Of a stretch of 64,000 nt of DNA, positions 10,169 to 19,950 are shown piece after piece. Each line of letters opens with the position of its first letter. The stretch's first letter is position 1. Both the position numbers and the translations under genes were made by a program. Below the pieces are notes generated by a model. That model did no database searches, was not told the origin of the DNA, and saw only the letters and a program-made list of their open reading frames with translations. This stretch comes from a virus. The stretch lies in IMG/VR virus record IMGVR_UViG_3300034037_000036, positions 17,781 to 81,780 of that record, one strand, 5' to 3'.

Positions 10169-10322
10169 AGAATTAATGGTGTTAATCGAAGAAAATGCCA
10201 AAGAAACTTTTGAAAAAGGTGTTAAAGCATCAGCTGTTAGAGCAAGAAAGTATTTGCAAGAAATGAAAAAATTGGCTCAAGAATTAAGAATTGAATTGAA
10301 TGAATTAAGAAAATCAAATTGA
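10146..10322 (+). CDS. histone H1-like Hc1-family small protein (58 aa, absent from the ORF track)
   Basis: Manual translation: MEKLMRLKELMVLIEENAKETFEKGVKASAVRARKYLQEMKKLAQELRIELNELRKSN. FEKGxKAxAxRARK is the Hc1/Bacteroidota histone-H1-like signature. A terminator follows. Confidence 0.8.
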   Translation: MEKLMRLKELMVLIEENAKETFEKGVKASAVRARKYLQEMKKLAQELRIELNELRKSN

Positions 10323-10325
10323 TGG

Positions 10326-10346
10326 AAAGCCCTTAAAGGGCTTTTC
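10326..10346 (+). terminator. rho-independent terminator
   Basis: AAAGCCC-ttaaa-GGGCTTT hairpin right after the Hc1 stop. Confidence 0.65.
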
Positions 10347-10360
10347 ATTATTAAAAAAGT

Positions 10361-10873
10361 TTGAAAATGGAAGAAAAAATTTTAAAATTATCTGAATATA
10401 TTAAATCAATTCAATTTCCAAAAGATGGGAATATTGTATATATAGAAATATTGTTGCCATTAAATTGGAAAACATTTGAAGAAAATTTGGTTAAAATTGT
10501 AAAGGGTGAAGTTGAAGGGGATAAAGTATCATATTATGTGTATTCTGAATCTAACAACGATATAAGTAGATTACTTAATTATGTAGATAAAGTTGTTAAA
10601 TTAAATAAAGAACTTGAAGAGAAAAAGAAATTATTAATAGGAAAGATAAATGAGTTAAAAGAAATTTTTAATGAAAAAAGTTTAGAAGAATTGAGAAACA
10701 TCAAATTTGTAATAGAAGATAATATAGATTTAGATATTACAACCGATGGAGACAATTCATTGATGGTTGATTCATCAAATCTAAATGAAGACATTATTGA
10801 TAATAAAGAAAAAGGTGAAGAGAATGGTGATAATATAATTAATAATGAAAAAACTAATGTAGAAGATGTTTAA
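10361..10873 (+). CDS. hypothetical protein (probable start ATG 10367)
   Basis: 170-aa ORF with an acidic C-terminus. Confidence 0.7.
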   Translation: MKMEEKILKLSEYIKSIQFPKDGNIVYIEILLPLNWKTFEENLVKIVKGEVEGDKVSYYVYSESNNDISRLLNYVDKVVKLNKELEEKKKLLIGKINELKEIFNEKSLEELRNIKFVIEDNIDLDITTDGDNSLMVDSSNLNEDIIDNKEKGEENGDNIINNEKTNVEDV

Positions 10874-11249
10874 GGATGATTTTAATGAAAGAGAAATTTC
10901 TATTGAACATTTATTAAATATTGCTAAACACCAAATCAAAGAAGAGGTTGATAATATTAAAAAAGAAAAAGATGATTCTGATTTATTAGATGAAGAATCT
11001 TATGATAAAGAAGTAAAAAAATTAAATATTGATACTGAAATTCATAAAAAAAGATTAGCCCAACAATATTTGACTGAATACAAAAAAGAAATTACTAATT
11101 GGGAAAAATTAAAATATAAATTAGTTTTAAAGAATATTTTTAGAAGATTTATATTTAAAGTTAGAAAAGTTTTACTGAAGATAAAAGTTTTTTTCTATTT
11201 TTTATTTTATTTGATAAAATTTTTTTTTCAAAAAAATAAAGGAGATTAA
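10866..11249 (+). CDS. hypothetical protein
   Basis: Overlaps the previous stop; basic/hydrophobic C-terminal helix. Confidence 0.7.
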   Translation: MFKDDFNEREISIEHLLNIAKHQIKEEVDNIKKEKDDSDLLDEESYDKEVKKLNIDTEIHKKRLAQQYLTEYKKEITNWEKLKYKLVLKNIFRRFIFKVRKVLLKIKVFFYFLFYLIKFFFQKNKGD

Positions 11250-11252
11250 ATT

Positions 11253-11567
11253 ATGTTAACCTCTAAAGAAGATAAATTGATTGATAAAATTCTTAAAGAT
11301 GTTTTTCTAATTGAGAAATCATTAAATGGGAAACCAAATTTCTCATTATTATATGAAGTCAGTAGTGAAGAATTTAATAAAATATGTATAGAAACAAATA
11401 ATTATAACCAAGATATTGGTATTTTATATATTAAATTTAGTAATACTAATATTATAATTATTAATGAAAATTTTGATTTTAAATTGGTAAATAATGGTAA
11501 TGGGAAAGATAATGTTGAAAAAAATAAAAATTTTTTTAAAAAAATAATAAAAAAATTTGGATTTTAA
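11253..11567 (+). CDS. hypothetical protein
   Basis: 104-aa ORF in a co-directional run. Confidence 0.7.
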   Translation: MLTSKEDKLIDKILKDVFLIEKSLNGKPNFSLLYEVSSEEFNKICIETNNYNQDIGILYIKFSNTNIIIINENFDFKLVNNGNGKDNVEKNKNFFKKIIKKFGF

Positions 11568-11579
11568 AAAAATTTTTAT

Positions 11580-11587
11580 TATATTTG
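11580..11587 (+). promoter_or_regulatory. Bacteroidota-type -7 promoter element (TATATTTG)
   Basis: TATATTTGCA upstream of the lipoprotein gene at 11611. Confidence 0.6.
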
Positions 11588-11610
11588 CATAAACAAAAAA
11601 ATCAATAGTT

Positions 11611-12096
11611 ATGAAAAATTTATTTTTATTTATGTGTTTGTTTTTAATTCTGTCTTGTAAAAAAGAACCTGTTGAACCAGTAGTTCAACAACAAGACATG
11701 GTTGATTCTTTAGATAATGAATATGAATATGGTGGTGTATATCAGAATGGGACTGGTGCTGATGTATTAACATTATCAGGAACTGAGTGGGTTTTGGAAA
11801 AGGTTGTTTTTAAACCTGCCACAACTTATGAATATCCAAAAGATACTGTAAGATTTATAAGTGATAGTGAATATACAATAAATTCCGACACATTAAAAAG
11901 AAAATATGTATTATCACCTGTTATGGGGTCAACAAATTATAGTTTGAGTTTGTATTTCTTTGAACCATTTGGTGGTAGTTTATATGGAGGTCAAATTGGT
12001 GCATATTCAATACAAAGTGGTCAATTGTCAAATGTAGAATTTGATGATTTGCAAGATGATTCAAAATATGTTACTGCATGGTTTGTTAAACTGTGA
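11611..12096 (+). CDS. lipoprotein (Bacteroidota-type, lipocalin-like)
   Basis: Signal peptide II MKNLFLFMCLFLILS-C followed by KKE; LSGTEWVLEKV resembles the lipocalin N-terminal GxW motif. Confidence 0.75.
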   Translation: MKNLFLFMCLFLILSCKKEPVEPVVQQQDMVDSLDNEYEYGGVYQNGTGADVLTLSGTEWVLEKVVFKPATTYEYPKDTVRFISDSEYTINSDTLKRKYVLSPVMGSTNYSLSLYFFEPFGGSLYGGQIGAYSIQSGQLSNVEFDDLQDDSKYVTAWFVKL

Positions 12097-12097
12097 A

Positions 12098-12784
12098 TTA
12101 CCACTTAATTTTATTCTTTCTAATTTTAATAAAACTCCATCCAGTAAGTTCCATTAATAAATCATATTTTAATAATTTAGCATAAGGATCTTCAATGACA
12201 CCAGTAAAAACAAGAGATTTGTTCCATCGGCTTTTGGCAGATTTTTCTATCTTCTTATAAAGTCTTATTGCATCTTCTTTTGTTTTACATAATACTATTA
12301 CCAATTCACTGTCTGAAAATTTTACTACTTTATTATTTATTACGTAAACTTCAAAAAAATCGTTCTTTGACAACCTGTTCCTTAAAAAGATTTCTTCAAT
12401 TTCTTCATACTTTAATCTTTTATAATCTTTACCACTATTGATATATACAGTAAAAACTTCTTCTACTTTCCATAATGCTCTATCAACCACAAGCATTCCG
12501 CCTACTAAATCTTCTTTAACTAATCTTCCCAATTCATCTCTTACAATTCTTGGTTCATCACCTTCATCTAAATACCTTTTTAATATTGCGATTTCATATT
12601 TTACTGGTTTTATTTTATATTTAACTCTAACATATTGTTTTTCAAATTTTACATCATTGTTTTCAGCAATCATTGAATTAAAGTTGATATATGCTGAATC
12701 CAACTTATGAAAAAACCTTATTTTTTTTAATATTTTTGAGTTTCGTAATAAGTATAGACCATATTTTGCTATGTTTCTAGCCAT
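12098..12784 (-). CDS. hypothetical protein
   Basis: 228-aa basic ORF convergent with the lipoprotein gene. Confidence 0.75.
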   Translation of the reverse strand: MARNIAKYGLYLLRNSKILKKIRFFHKLDSAYINFNSMIAENNDVKFEKQYVRVKYKIKPVKYEIAILKRYLDEGDEPRIVRDELGRLVKEDLVGGMLVVDRALWKVEEVFTVYINSGKDYKRLKYEEIEEIFLRNRLSKNDFFEVYVINNKVVKFSDSELVIVLCKTKEDAIRLYKKIEKSAKSRWNKSLVFTGVIEDPYAKLLKYDLLMELTGWSFIKIRKNKIKW

Positions 12785-12822
12785 TTTTTTTAAAAAAAAT
12801 TTTTTTATTATGAAAAAAATTA

Positions 12823-12830
12823 TATATTTG
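12823..12830 (+). promoter_or_regulatory. Bacteroidota-type -7 promoter element (TATATTTG)
   Basis: TATATTTGCA upstream of 12870. Confidence 0.6.
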
Positions 12831-12869
12831 CATTCAATAATAAATAATAAACTTTAAAAATTAGTTGTT

Positions 12870-13283
12870 ATGAAGAACTACAGAGAACCACAAGAAGAAA
12901 CAAGAAAAATTATTGAAGAAGTATTTTCAAAGACTGATTTGGATAGAATTATATTTTTGGATATTTTATGTGATGATAATCAAAAAGATCTCTTTAGATT
13001 ATATAAGACGAATGAAATAACCAGATATTTGACAAAAAAAGATTTAATTATTGTGGTTAATGAAAAGGCATTTGATATGTTACCAGAGGATATTAAACTT
13101 CTCAAATGTGAAGAAGTGTTTTCTTCAGTATATTGGGATTTTGAAAAAAGTGTGTTAAAAATAAATAAAGGTGATGTTAATACATTTAGTTTATTCTTAA
13201 AAAAATATGGTTATGATACATTTGAAAGAATGGAGGAATCTATAAAATCTGTATTTGACACCCTTAAAAATAAAGAAGAATAA
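12870..13283 (+). CDS. phage putative metallopeptidase-family protein, degenerate active site
   Basis: DLIIVVNEKAFDMLPEDIKLLKCEEVFSSV...GDVNTFSLFLKKYG follows the PhageMetallopep pattern, but HExxH is absent. Confidence 0.55.
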   Translation: MKNYREPQEETRKIIEEVFSKTDLDRIIFLDILCDDNQKDLFRLYKTNEITRYLTKKDLIIVVNEKAFDMLPEDIKLLKCEEVFSSVYWDFEKSVLKINKGDVNTFSLFLKKYGYDTFERMEESIKSVFDTLKNKEE

Positions 13284-13289
13284 AATTTA

Positions 13290-13628
13290 TTGTTTATGGG
13301 AATGATTAAATTTGAAATTAAAGATATTCATTTATCTTTATTCAAATACATTGATTTAAAAAATTATTATAAGTTTATTTTAAAGTTTGATGATGAAATA
13401 ATTTTTGATAATGATGATAAGGATTTAGTGGAATTGATAAATGAGTTTGGTTTGGTAATTTATGGGAAAGAAGGTGGGTTTATGAATTATAATGAAGAGC
13501 AAATTGAGAATATAAAAGAACATATAAAAGATTTTGAAAAAGTAATACAAATATTTCAATGTAATTCCAATATTGAGACAGGAAATTATGTTACAAGAAC
13601 TTTTAACATTGATTGGATAAAAAAATAA
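13290..13628 (+). CDS. hypothetical protein
   Basis: 112-aa ORF in a co-directional run. Confidence 0.65.
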   Translation: MFMGMIKFEIKDIHLSLFKYIDLKNYYKFILKFDDEIIFDNDDKDLVELINEFGLVIYGKEGGFMNYNEEQIENIKEHIKDFEKVIQIFQCNSNIETGNYVTRTFNIDWIKK

Positions 13629-16600
13629 TCACTATGGACAGTAAAATACTAACTAATTTATTAAATGTTAATAAATCATGTGATTTAACTTCAAAAGAAT
13701 GGGATAGTGAATATGTTGAATATGTTGAAAATTATGGTCCCGCATTAACTTCAAAAGGGATTAAATATTGTGCTGAATTATATTTAAATGACAACTTATC
13801 AATAGATGATAAAATAACTAAAATAGTAAAAGAATTTAATGTTCCACCAAGTATAGCCATTTATCTATATCCGATAAATGTTAATGTGAATGGATATAAA
13901 GACAATGTTTATTTTAATAAAATAAAGAAGTTATACGGAATTTCAGATAAAGATATATATAAAATTTATGAAATTTTTAAAAAAGAAAAAAGTATTGTTG
14001 AAATTGTAAGAAAAGTTTTGAATTTCACTGATTTAAGTGAAATAGAAATAATATCAATATATAATTTTTATAAATATAAATTATCTGATGATGGTAAAAG
14101 ATATTATTTATCTACACGGTATCATTTTATAAAATTATCAAACTTATTTTTAAATTTTAGTGGTAGAAGTAATATATATAGGAAATTCTTTTTATCAAGT
14201 GATTATTATAATTTTTATTATAAAAAATTTTTAGATTTATATTTGTCTGATTATGATTTTATTAAACATTTATATAGTAATTTAAAGAGTGGTAATTTAT
14301 TTTATAATTCAGAAAAATATAAAGTTAATTATGATGGTGCTAAAGTTTTATTGAATATATACAGAAGTAAATTAGAGAAAAAAGAAAAAATAAATTTAAT
14401 TAAAGAAATATTTGATGTGAATAGTAAGATTGGGAATGATTTAATTCCCAATTTTATTATTAATAATAAAGTTTATATAACATTATATTCAGGTATAAAA
14501 AATTATTTGGGATTATCTGAAACAGATTTTAATAGGGTGTTGGATATATTAAATGGGGAATATTCTTTTGATGATAAAATCAATAAAATATCAAAAATAG
14601 TAAATCTTGATTATGATATTATCTTTAATTGGTGTTTGGCTAAAAATGAAATGTTATTTGTAAATAATATTATTTTAAAAGAATTAAATAAAATAAAATA
14701 TGAAAATTTAAGAAAATTAAAATTTTGTTTTATAGACATTAAAAAAGAAATTACTTTAAATGAAAATATAAGTGATATTGAAAGTGAAATAAAAAAATTA
14801 AAAAAGGTAAAATATATAGGTTATGATAGTTTGGGTATATATGAGTATAAAAAGTTATTTGATTTTAAGATAAAAGAAAAGTATTCACATAACATTATAT
14901 ATTTAATATCCAAATTTTTTAATATAGATGAAAATGAAAGTAAAAAGTTAGAACCTGTTTATGTTTTTAACATTAAAAATGATAATTTATCAGAAAAAAT
15001 ATCTAAATTATATAAAATAGATGAATCTATTTCTAATAAAATAATCAGAATAATTGGTAATAAAAAATATGGTTTAGATAATAAGATAAACTCTATAATA
15101 AAATTAACTAAAGTAAATTATTTTACAGTTAAGTTTTGGTGTCTTAGATATTATAAATGTTTTTTATTAACAAATTATGATATTGAAAATATAATAAAAA
15201 CCATAAAAGAAAATGAGTTAAATTATAAAACAGCTATAAAATATGTGATGTTGTATTATATGGTATCTTATAACTTTGTGAAGAAAAATTTAAAAGATAC
15301 GATATTAGAACATTCTAAAGGTGAAGGGGGTGTTGATTATAAAAAATTAAATAAATTGATTTATGTGGGTTTTGATGATATAAAAAGAACAGATAATGAA
15401 AACAATTTAGATGAAAAAAATGATGATAATAATAAATATGAAACTGGTAGAAATAGTTTATTTAGTTTTTTGGGTGATAAATTAAATGGATTTTTTAATA
15501 TATTTGCAAAAAAGAATAAAAAAAGTAATATGGGAAAAAATAAAATTAAAGAAACTAACGACATAAATAGTGATGAAAAATTAAATAAAGAAAAAGATAA
15601 GGAAAATGAAGTAAATGAATATGAAATTGCAAAGGAGAGAGAATTTGATAAGAATAAAAAATATTTTTTAATAACATGGGCGCAGAATAATACAAAAGTT
15701 CATAGACAGTTTTTCTATAATTTGAAAAAATATGCCGAATATCTGAATGCAGATATACATGTTATTGCTGGAAGATATAAAAATCCAAATTCATTATCCG
15801 CATATAAAAAAATAGATGAAAAATGGTCAAAAATTGTTAGTCCATACTTGGATGCCAATAGACATAAATTACATAAAAACATATGGATTATGTCCGATAT
15901 AAAGATACAACCAACCGCAATAAACCCAATGAGCGGTATGGAAGCATTGTCTAGAAATAATTCTTGTATATTTGGGCATCCAAAAGTACATTTTCAAGTT
16001 ATCCCAACAATAAATTCTGAAAATCCAAAAGTTATATTAACTACTGGTGCTTGCACTATTAAAAATTATACGGATTCAAAAGCGGGTAAAAAGGGTGAAT
16101 TTAATCATCAACTTGGATTTTGTATTTTGGAAATACATGATGAAGAAACTTTTTATGTTAGACAAGTTACTGCTGATGAGAATGGTGATTTTATTGATTT
16201 AAATAAAAAAGTATATTTTAAAGGAAATATTATAAAGAAGAAAGTTAATGATGAATCATATTATGAGAGTTTTTTTGAGGATGATGATTATGAGTTTAAC
16301 GGAGAATTTGTTGTAGAAACTATTAAGGAGGTTGAATGTTGTGTCATGGGAGATATTCATTGTGGGAAAGAAGATAAGAAGGTTGTCAATGAAACTTTTA
16401 ATATGTTTAAAAAATTAAAGCCAAATACAGTTGTTTTACACGATATATTTGATGGATATTCAATATCTCATCATGACGCAAAAGATCCGTTTATTCAATA
16501 TTCAAATGAATTTCATAATAAAAATTCTTTGAAAGATGAATTGGATTATATGTTAAAATTTTTAGATAAATTTAAAAAAATAAAAAATGTGGTTATTGTT

Positions 16601-17110
16601 AGAAGTAATCATGATGATTTCTTAGACAGATGGTTAAAAAATAGTGATTGGAAAAAACAACCAACACCCAAAAATTATAAATTATATATGGAAATGAGTA
16701 AAATTTTAATGGAACAATATGAAAAAAATCCAAATTATGTTAAGGGTGTTATTCCTGAAATAATAAATAATAAATATCCAAATTATATAACATTAGCACG
16801 TGATGATTCATTTAAAATAAAAGGATGGGAACTTGGGATGCATGGGGACAAGGGGATAAATGGTGCTAGACCAAATGTAAATTCTTTTAGAAAACTAAAT
16901 ACACGGCTTATTGTTGGTCATTCACATTCACCAGAGAGAAAAGATGGGGTTATTGTTGTCGGGACTTCAACAAAGAAAAAACTTGGGTATAATGTTGGTC
17001 CTAGTTCTTGGGCTAATGCTCATGCAATAATACACCCTAACGGTAAAGCTCAATTAATATTATTCTTTACAGATTTAAACAATAAAATAGGATTTTCTGA
17101 CATATTGTAG
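13613..17110 (+). CDS. large protein: repetitive helical N-terminus plus C-terminal calcineurin-like metallophosphoesterase
   Basis: C-terminal motifs VMGDIH, VLHDIFDG, SNHDDF, MHGD, VGHSHSP. The N-terminal ~640 aa contain recurring D(D/N)KI(T/N)xIxK segments. Confidence 0.75.
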   Translation: MDKKIITMDSKILTNLLNVNKSCDLTSKEWDSEYVEYVENYGPALTSKGIKYCAELYLNDNLSIDDKITKIVKEFNVPPSIAIYLYPINVNVNGYKDNVYFNKIKKLYGISDKDIYKIYEIFKKEKSIVEIVRKVLNFTDLSEIEIISIYNFYKYKLSDDGKRYYLSTRYHFIKLSNLFLNFSGRSNIYRKFFLSSDYYNFYYKKFLDLYLSDYDFIKHLYSNLKSGNLFYNSEKYKVNYDGAKVLLNIYRSKLEKKEKINLIKEIFDVNSKIGNDLIPNFIINNKVYITLYSGIKNYLGLSETDFNRVLDILNGEYSFDDKINKISKIVNLDYDIIFNWCLAKNEMLFVNNIILKELNKIKYENLRKLKFCFIDIKKEITLNENISDIESEIKKLKKVKYIGYDSLGIYEYKKLFDFKIKEKYSHNIIYLISKFFNIDENESKKLEPVYVFNIKNDNLSEKISKLYKIDESISNKIIRIIGNKKYGLDNKINSIIKLTKVNYFTVKFWCLRYYKCFLLTNYDIENIIKTIKENELNYKTAIKYVMLYYMVSYNFVKKNLKDTILEHSKGEGGVDYKKLNKLIYVGFDDIKRTDNENNLDEKNDDNNKYETGRNSLFSFLGDKLNGFFNIFAKKNKKSNMGKNKIKETNDINSDEKLNKEKDKENEVNEYEIAKEREFDKNKKYFLITWAQNNTKVHRQFFYNLKKYAEYLNADIHVIAGRYKNPNSLSAYKKIDEKWSKIVSPYLDANRHKLHKNIWIMSDIKIQPTAINPMSGMEALSRNNSCIFGHPKVHFQVIPTINSENPKVILTTGACTIKNYTDSKAGKKGEFNHQLGFCILEIHDEETFYVRQVTADENGDFIDLNKKVYFKGNIIKKKVNDESYYESFFEDDDYEFNGEFVVETIKEVECCVMGDIHCGKEDKKVVNETFNMFKKLKPNTVVLHDIFDGYSISHHDAKDPFIQYSNEFHNKNSLKDELDYMLKFLDKFKKIKNVVIVRSNHDDFLDRWLKNSDWKKQPTPKNYKLYMEMSKILMEQYEKNPNYVKGVIPEIINNKYPNYITLARDDSFKIKGWELGMHGDKGINGARPNVNSFRKLNTRLIVGHSHSPERKDGVIVVGTSTKKKLGYNVGPSSWANAHAIIHPNGKAQLILFFTDLNNKIGFSDIL

Positions 17111-17172
17111 AAATGTTATGGGAGTCGTATTATTTAATTAAATTCATTTATAACACATAAAAAAATATAACA

Positions 17173-17505
17173 ATGAAAAAAAATAAACTAACAATTCATG
17201 AATACGAAAGATTTTATAAGATTATCATGAATAGACTTGAACAGTTAAGAAACAAAACTAAAGAATATGGTAAAGAAAATGATATATTTGATAATTTTAA
17301 TAGAGCTTCATCCATTTTAAATATGCCACCAGAAGATGTTATTGTTTGTTATAAAACAAAACATACGGTATCAATTGATAAAATTAAAGAAGAATTATTA
17401 AATGGCGAAAAATTTGATAATGATTTTATTTTAGAGAAAGTTTGTGATTCAGTAATGTATGAAATATTACTAGGAATATCATTATTAAATCGTAATAATG
17501 ATTAA
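17173..17505 (+). CDS. nucleotide-modification-associated (Nmad1/DUF1599-like) protein
   Basis: KTKEYGKENDIFDNFNRAS...KTKHTVSI...EKVCDSVMYEILL fits the MazG-related KxxDYG...F.NF pattern. Confidence 0.55.
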   Translation: MKKNKLTIHEYERFYKIIMNRLEQLRNKTKEYGKENDIFDNFNRASSILNMPPEDVIVCYKTKHTVSIDKIKEELLNGEKFDNDFILEKVCDSVMYEILLGISLLNRNND

Positions 17506-17534
17506 TTTTATGTCTAACCATAAAAATTTATAAT

Positions 17535-18443
17535 ATGAGTAATAGAAAAAGATATAAAAGTTGCGTTGTATTATTGGAGAGAATATTAAATCCAAGTGAA
17601 GGCGCTGTAAAAAATTATTTTAAAGATGTCAGAGACCAAAAGACATTAACAAGGGAAGAAGAAATTGATCTAATAAGAAAATATAAAGAAGAGGGGGATA
17701 TTAAGGCAAGGGATACTGTAATAAATGCCAATTTAAGATTTGTTATTTCTGTTGCAAAAAGTTTGTCAATTTGGGATGTTGATATAATGGATTTAATAAA
17801 TGAAGGAAATATTGGTTTAATAAATGCAATAGAAACTTTTGATTATAAAACAGGTAATAAATTTATTTCTTATGCCGTATGGCATATAAGAAAGGAAATA
17901 ATGTCGTTTATAAGGTCTCATAGTTCTTCAATTAGAATACCAGAGAACAAATTATCCAATATTGCAAAAATGAAAAAAGTAATTAATAAACAAGAACAGA
18001 TTTTGGGCAGAAATGTTTATCCAGATGAAATTGATTTTAAAGATGAGATTGGTGAATATACTGATTTTGAAATTAGATTTTTAGAAAATGAAAATATTGC
18101 CAGACCAATTTCATATGATAAAAAAATAAAAAGTGAAGAAGATTCAAATGATTTATTATCTTTATTAAGTTCCAATGATAATTTTGAAAAAAACTTTATT
18201 ATAAAAAATGATTTAAAGTATATATTATTTAGATTATTGTGTAGATTAGATGAAACTACTAGGAAAATTATTTTATTGTATTTTGGTATAAATGATGAAA
18301 ACATAAGATATACTTATGAAGAAATAGCCCAAAAATGTAATTTAACAAAAAAAGAAGTTATCACAAAAAAGAATATGGGTATATATACATTAAAAAAATT
18401 CGCAAGAATGAAATATAAATCTATTAAAGAAATATATAGTTAA
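17535..18443 (+). CDS. sigma-70 family (RpoD/RpoS-like, no region 1.1) sigma factor
   Basis: YFKDV...LTREEEIDL...ARDTVINANLRFVISVAK...DLINEGNIGLINAIETFDYKTGNKFISYAVWHIRKEI; region 4 HTH (YTYEEIAQKCNLTKKEV). Confidence 0.92.
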   Translation: MSNRKRYKSCVVLLERILNPSEGAVKNYFKDVRDQKTLTREEEIDLIRKYKEEGDIKARDTVINANLRFVISVAKSLSIWDVDIMDLINEGNIGLINAIETFDYKTGNKFISYAVWHIRKEIMSFIRSHSSSIRIPENKLSNIAKMKKVINKQEQILGRNVYPDEIDFKDEIGEYTDFEIRFLENENIARPISYDKKIKSEEDSNDLLSLLSSNDNFEKNFIIKNDLKYILFRLLCRLDETTRKIILLYFGINDENIRYTYEEIAQKCNLTKKEVITKKNMGIYTLKKFARMKYKSIKEIYS

Positions 18444-18670
18444 TTTTTTGTTTGATTTTTTTCATTAAATTCATAACAGATTATTACTAATGTATTGTTT
18501 GATATATCATGTATAAAATTATGAATTACATAATATTTATTTAATTTTCTAATATATATTAATTCACCATAACTTGGTGGTTTTAATAGTTTGTTTGTTT
18601 CAAATAGTAATTCCCAATTTTGGTCTATTATTTTAATTCTTTTTTTAAAGAAAAATTGTAATAATTTCAT
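18440..18670 (-). CDS. hypothetical protein
   Basis: 76-aa ORF overlapping the next gene by 4 nt. Confidence 0.6.
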   Translation of the reverse strand: MKLLQFFFKKRIKIIDQNWELLFETNKLLKPPSYGELIYIRKLNKYYVIHNFIHDISNNTLVIICYEFNEKNQTKN

Positions 18671-18906
18671 TTAGAAAATTTTTCTGAAGCTATTGTACCT
18701 AAACCAGCTAATATTATTGTGATGATACCATCATAAATATATTCATCAATTTTAAAATTAAACATTAAATTCATTAATGTTATAATCGTGATTAAAAACA
18801 TACCAATTATTGTAACTAATCTTTTGCTGGAAATTTTTTTATCCTTGTCTAATAAGGATTCTACTATTTTATCTTTAATATTTTCAAGTTTCAAAAATCC
18901 CATCAA
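18667..18906 (-). CDS. small two-TM membrane protein, holin-like
   Basis: SSKR followed by TM1 (LVTIIGMFLITIITLMNLMF) and TM2 (GIITIILAGLGTIA), with a charged C-terminus. Confidence 0.5.
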   Translation of the reverse strand: MMGFLKLENIKDKIVESLLDKDKKISSKRLVTIIGMFLITIITLMNLMFNFKIDEYIYDGIITIILAGLGTIASEKFSK

Positions 18907-19095
18907 CTATAAATATATTAAATAATTGAAAGAAACGATTATTTTTTTTTTGTATTTTTATGATATTGAACATAAATTAATTAAAAAAATATGAAGGCGG
19001 GAATGTTAAATCCAAATTTAATTAAAATAATTAGTGAAGAAAATAAGATTGGTATGAAAGAAATAATTATTGAAGAAATAAATAAATTATTTAAA

Positions 19096-19560
19096 TCAAG
19101 TTGATAAAATATCAAATCTAATAATTAGCAAAATATTAAATATTAACCCAATTAAAAAAAATATTGTTCTATTCACAGGTGTCATATATTTAGTTAATAT
19201 TGCAGTTGATGTAGTGCTTTGATCAAACCACTTTTTATCATATATTGGTTTTTTCTTTCCTAATTTTTTATCAATTAAATTTCTATAATAATAAATTATA
19301 CCATTATGTATGAAACTAAACATAAGCATATATGATACTGGTATTATAAACAACATAATTCCTTCATAATAATAATAGAAATTTAATAATGTTAATGATA
19401 CAATAAATATCATTCTTTGAACTGAAAATAATGGGTGTAATTCTATTGAGGATAATTTATCTTTTTTATTATAATTTGCTTTATAAAACCATAAAAAAGA
19501 TTCTCTATAACCTTCTAAAAAAGAAAATAACATAAATAATATTAATGTTAATAAAATCAT
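19096..19560 (-). CDS. membrane protein
   Basis: About four hydrophobic segments. Confidence 0.7.
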   Translation of the reverse strand: MILLTLILFMLFSFLEGYRESFLWFYKANYNKKDKLSSIELHPLFSVQRMIFIVSLTLLNFYYYYEGIMLFIIPVSYMLMFSFIHNGIIYYYRNLIDKKLGKKKPIYDKKWFDQSTTSTAILTKYMTPVNRTIFFLIGLIFNILLIIRFDILST

Positions 19561-19823
19561 TTTTTCTTTTTAGATTTATAGTCTCTTATAGGATTTATTA
19601 TTAGTCCATATATTATCATAATAAAAGAGAATCCAACAATATAAAGTGTTGGTATAATAGCAACATATAATGCCCAATCATTATAACCTTCTGAAAAATT
19701 ATATAATAATTTATGAATGGTAAGAAATAATATTGCTAATATAAATGATGATAACAATCTACCAATATTGGACATATATAAAAATTTAATTTTATCAGAG
19801 ATGTTTTTTTTAGTTTTAGCCAT
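19557..19823 (-). CDS. two-TM membrane protein
   Basis: Two hydrophobic helices; overlaps the next start. Confidence 0.7.
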   Translation of the reverse strand: MAKTKKNISDKIKFLYMSNIGRLLSSFILAILFLTIHKLLYNFSEGYNDWALYVAIIPTLYIVGFSFIMIIYGLIINPIRDYKSKKKK

Positions 19824-19950
19824 AATAAAATATTATTAATATATTATTAATTTGAGAAATGGTTTCTCATATTATATCAATTATTTTATTACACCAAATA
19901 TTGGTGATTAAAATTTTTATGAAATAAATATGAAAAAATATATTTTATTT

